Assembly: GCF_001194135.2 (NCBI RefSeq)
Contig: NC_068990.1
Span: forward strand, 71,268,367-71,306,082
DNA: 37,716 nt
From: Octopus bimaculoides
Taxonomy: Eukaryota
Direction of reading: 5' to 3'
The translations under genes were made by a program, and so were the position numbers. The notes under the pieces were generated by a model. That model searched no databases, was not told the DNA's origin, and saw nothing but the letters and a program-made list of their open reading frames with translations. Positions 35,751-37,716 of the stretch are shown here, in pieces (the stretch's first letter is position 1; each line of letters begins with the position of its first letter).

Positions 35751-36730
35751 CATTGGTGGGCTAATCTGCTAACAGATAATTAGTGAAGCTAACTATTCAT
35801 TTAGCAGATTAATGGACCAATTAGCTTCCACTAAAGTTAGTTCCTCTGACTTTAAGTCTGCTAACAAAATTCATACATTTGTTCTTGTTTGTTGTGGGCG
35901 TGTCTCAAAGAGTCTGTCAGGCATGCTATTGGCTGACTATGTGTATATGTGACAAGACGTGATTGGCCAATGCAGCAGCAGCAGCAGCAGCTAGCTAAGT
36001 AGTATTGTCTAATTCTGCAGTTTTGAGTTGTGTTCACTTATGACATTGTCACATTACAATCTTACAGTGTCAACGACAGCAGTGTACTTTATCAGTTTAT
36101 CAAGTTATCACTTTACCATTATGGAAGGTGAAGATGTTTTTGTTCAGCCTGAGACTGAAGGGTCTGTTGAGGAGTGTGCAATAGCTGTGGGTGAGGCAGA
36201 GGTCCTCAGGTTGAGAGCCAGGAGTCTCAGAATCTGTGGCCCCACCTGGAGGACTACTTTGTCCTTACGTCAAGGGATAAGAGGAACGCCAAAATTCTGT
36301 ACTTCTGGTGTGTCATGTGCCAGCCCAAGAAGACCACCATCAAGGGACAAGCAGTAAGCCCTACAACTTGAAGTCACATGTTAAGAGGAAACTCCCAGTG
36401 CATGCCATCCAGTTTGAGAAGAGGATCAAAGCTGGCTCTTCCTGTGGGAAACACAGGCAATTTTCTGGTAACAGTGCCAGTAGCCAGTTGTCGCAGCCAT
36501 GTGCAAAGAAAGTATACCAGTCCAGCATTGGAGAGGCATTTGCCTAAACTGCTGGTACTAATGTCCATTAGTCTATGGTGGACAGAAGGATTGTAGACCT
36601 GTTTGTCGACAACATGCTACCACTGCCTGATCAAGACACTGAACCCCAGCAAGACGTTGATGTCCAGTGGCACCCTGGGCAGGATGATCTTGGCCAGCCA
36701 TAAACAGCTGGAGGAGTATCTTACAAGGTA
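35751..36730 (+). mobile_element. hAT-family DNA transposon 5' part with BED zinc-finger transposase remnant
   Basis: Starts CATTGGTGGGC (CAGTGGTGGG-like hAT end) exactly where Helitron coding stops. Translation WPHLEDYF...CVMCQPKK...YNLKSHVKRK...VDRRIVDLFVDNMLPL...LIKTLNPSKTLMSSGTL. Right end not located. Confidence 0.75.
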
Positions 36731-36949
36731 TTTATAAATTAAAATTATACAAGTTTATTAAATTATCACTATAGTGTACGTCATATTTTCTTAATTTAAT
36801 TTAATTAATTATTTATTAAATAATTATTCTCTTAAATTAATGTAATAAAATGTATAATAGCTAACTGAAATAAATGTTATAATATATAATATATGGTATA
36901 TATATATTCCACTCATGATTAAGTCTGCACAGCCAAAACAACAGTCTGT

Positions 36950-37060
36950 AGTGGCGCAAAACTATAGCCGCCATTGAGGAAGTACTATTCTGCGCATGCG
37001 CAGGGGACTTCACTGCCGGAAGCTCCTCGAGTTGCGTATGCGTAGTAAAACTCGTACTTA
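36950..37060. promoter_or_regulatory. Housekeeping-promoter-like motif cluster
   Basis: TGGCGCAAAA (E2F-like), GCCGCCATT (YY1-like), TGCGCATGCGCA (perfect NRF1 palindrome), GCCGGAAG (ETS) within ~80 bp, with CpGs retained. Confidence 0.45.
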
Positions 37061-37434
37061 AACAGTGGTTTCACTTTGTTAGGCGAGTTGAGCTGAGACC
37101 TTCTACGTAACAACACCTCACTCCTCCACGAAGCACTTTTACACTGTTCTCTGGCAGGCATCAAGGAAGCCCTTAACCTTCCATTACCAACTACAATTTA
37201 ATCAGCGGCTGCTAAGCTGAATGACAGGAATTGAGAAACCAAGCATCATAATAAATAAAAACCTTTTTATTATATTGTTAATTGATCTAATGTCTCTTCA
37301 ATTTATAATGCTGTTGAAAGGTGATAGAGAGAGACTAAAGTCTCTATGACAACTATCAAACCTTTACACTAGTGACCCCTAGTACAGAACACGGAATTAT
37401 CATCGCACAACTCGTAAAAAATGAAGAGACTGTG

Positions 37435-37691
37435 GTATGACGTCAGTGTCTGGGGAGGCTGACCGGAAGGGCAAGTTGACCGGAAAGGGAAAAAGGGCAG
37501 AGGGAGCCTCGATCGGCATTCGTGCCCTTTTCGAACGGGGCTGCGGTCAGGACAAGATGTGTTAAGCGACGGTCTAGGTTTGGGAAGTTTTGGGAGAAGC
37601 AGCTGCTATACCTGGTGTACTTTGGGTCGGGGCAAGCTTCAAGGATTGGATACCGCAAGACGGACTCGCAGTCGAGGAAAGGAAAACCGAG
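37435..37691 (+). promoter_or_regulatory. Second CpG-rich promoter/leader-exon-like module
   Basis: TGACGTCA (CRE), GACCGGAAGGGCAAGTTGACCGGAAAG (ETS pair), donor CCGAG|GTAAGG at 37691/37692. Confidence 0.45.
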
Positions 37692-37716
37692 GTAAGGCGA
37701 TTACATCTACTCGTAC

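Overview
Eukaryotic genomic DNA, AT- and microsatellite-rich. The repeat families look like those of Octopus/coleoid cephalopods (recognised from memory, not from a search). 7552-27424 (+) holds the last 10 coding exons of a GON4L/YY1AP1-family gene (GON-4-like; Drosophila mute). All junctions are GT-AG and phase-compatible, giving about 647 codons: two PAH-like helical repeats, a Cys/His motif, an S/T/P-rich linker and the terminal SANT/Myb-like domain. The 5' part of the gene lies upstream of the window, so 1-7551 is intronic. That intron contains a full-length but decayed Ty3/Gypsy LTR retrotransposon (-, 1153-5529) inserted into an RTE-like LINE, plus a second LINE fragment head-to-head. 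The other introns carry many (GAT)n-tailed LINE 3' ends and tRNA-headed SINEs in both orientations, an internally deleted mariner and a 205-bp near-perfect palindrome. Downstream of the gene is a stack of decayed elements (RTE-BovB-like LINE, Helitron Rep fragment, hAT/BED transposase fragment) and two related CpG-rich promoter/leader-exon-like modules. I see no clearly novel protein-coding system. The best leads are the palindrome, the apparently spliced ETS-promoter leader on the Helitron with its second copy at the window end, and near-identical inverted repeats flanking GON4L exons (possible dsRNA editing/circRNA).
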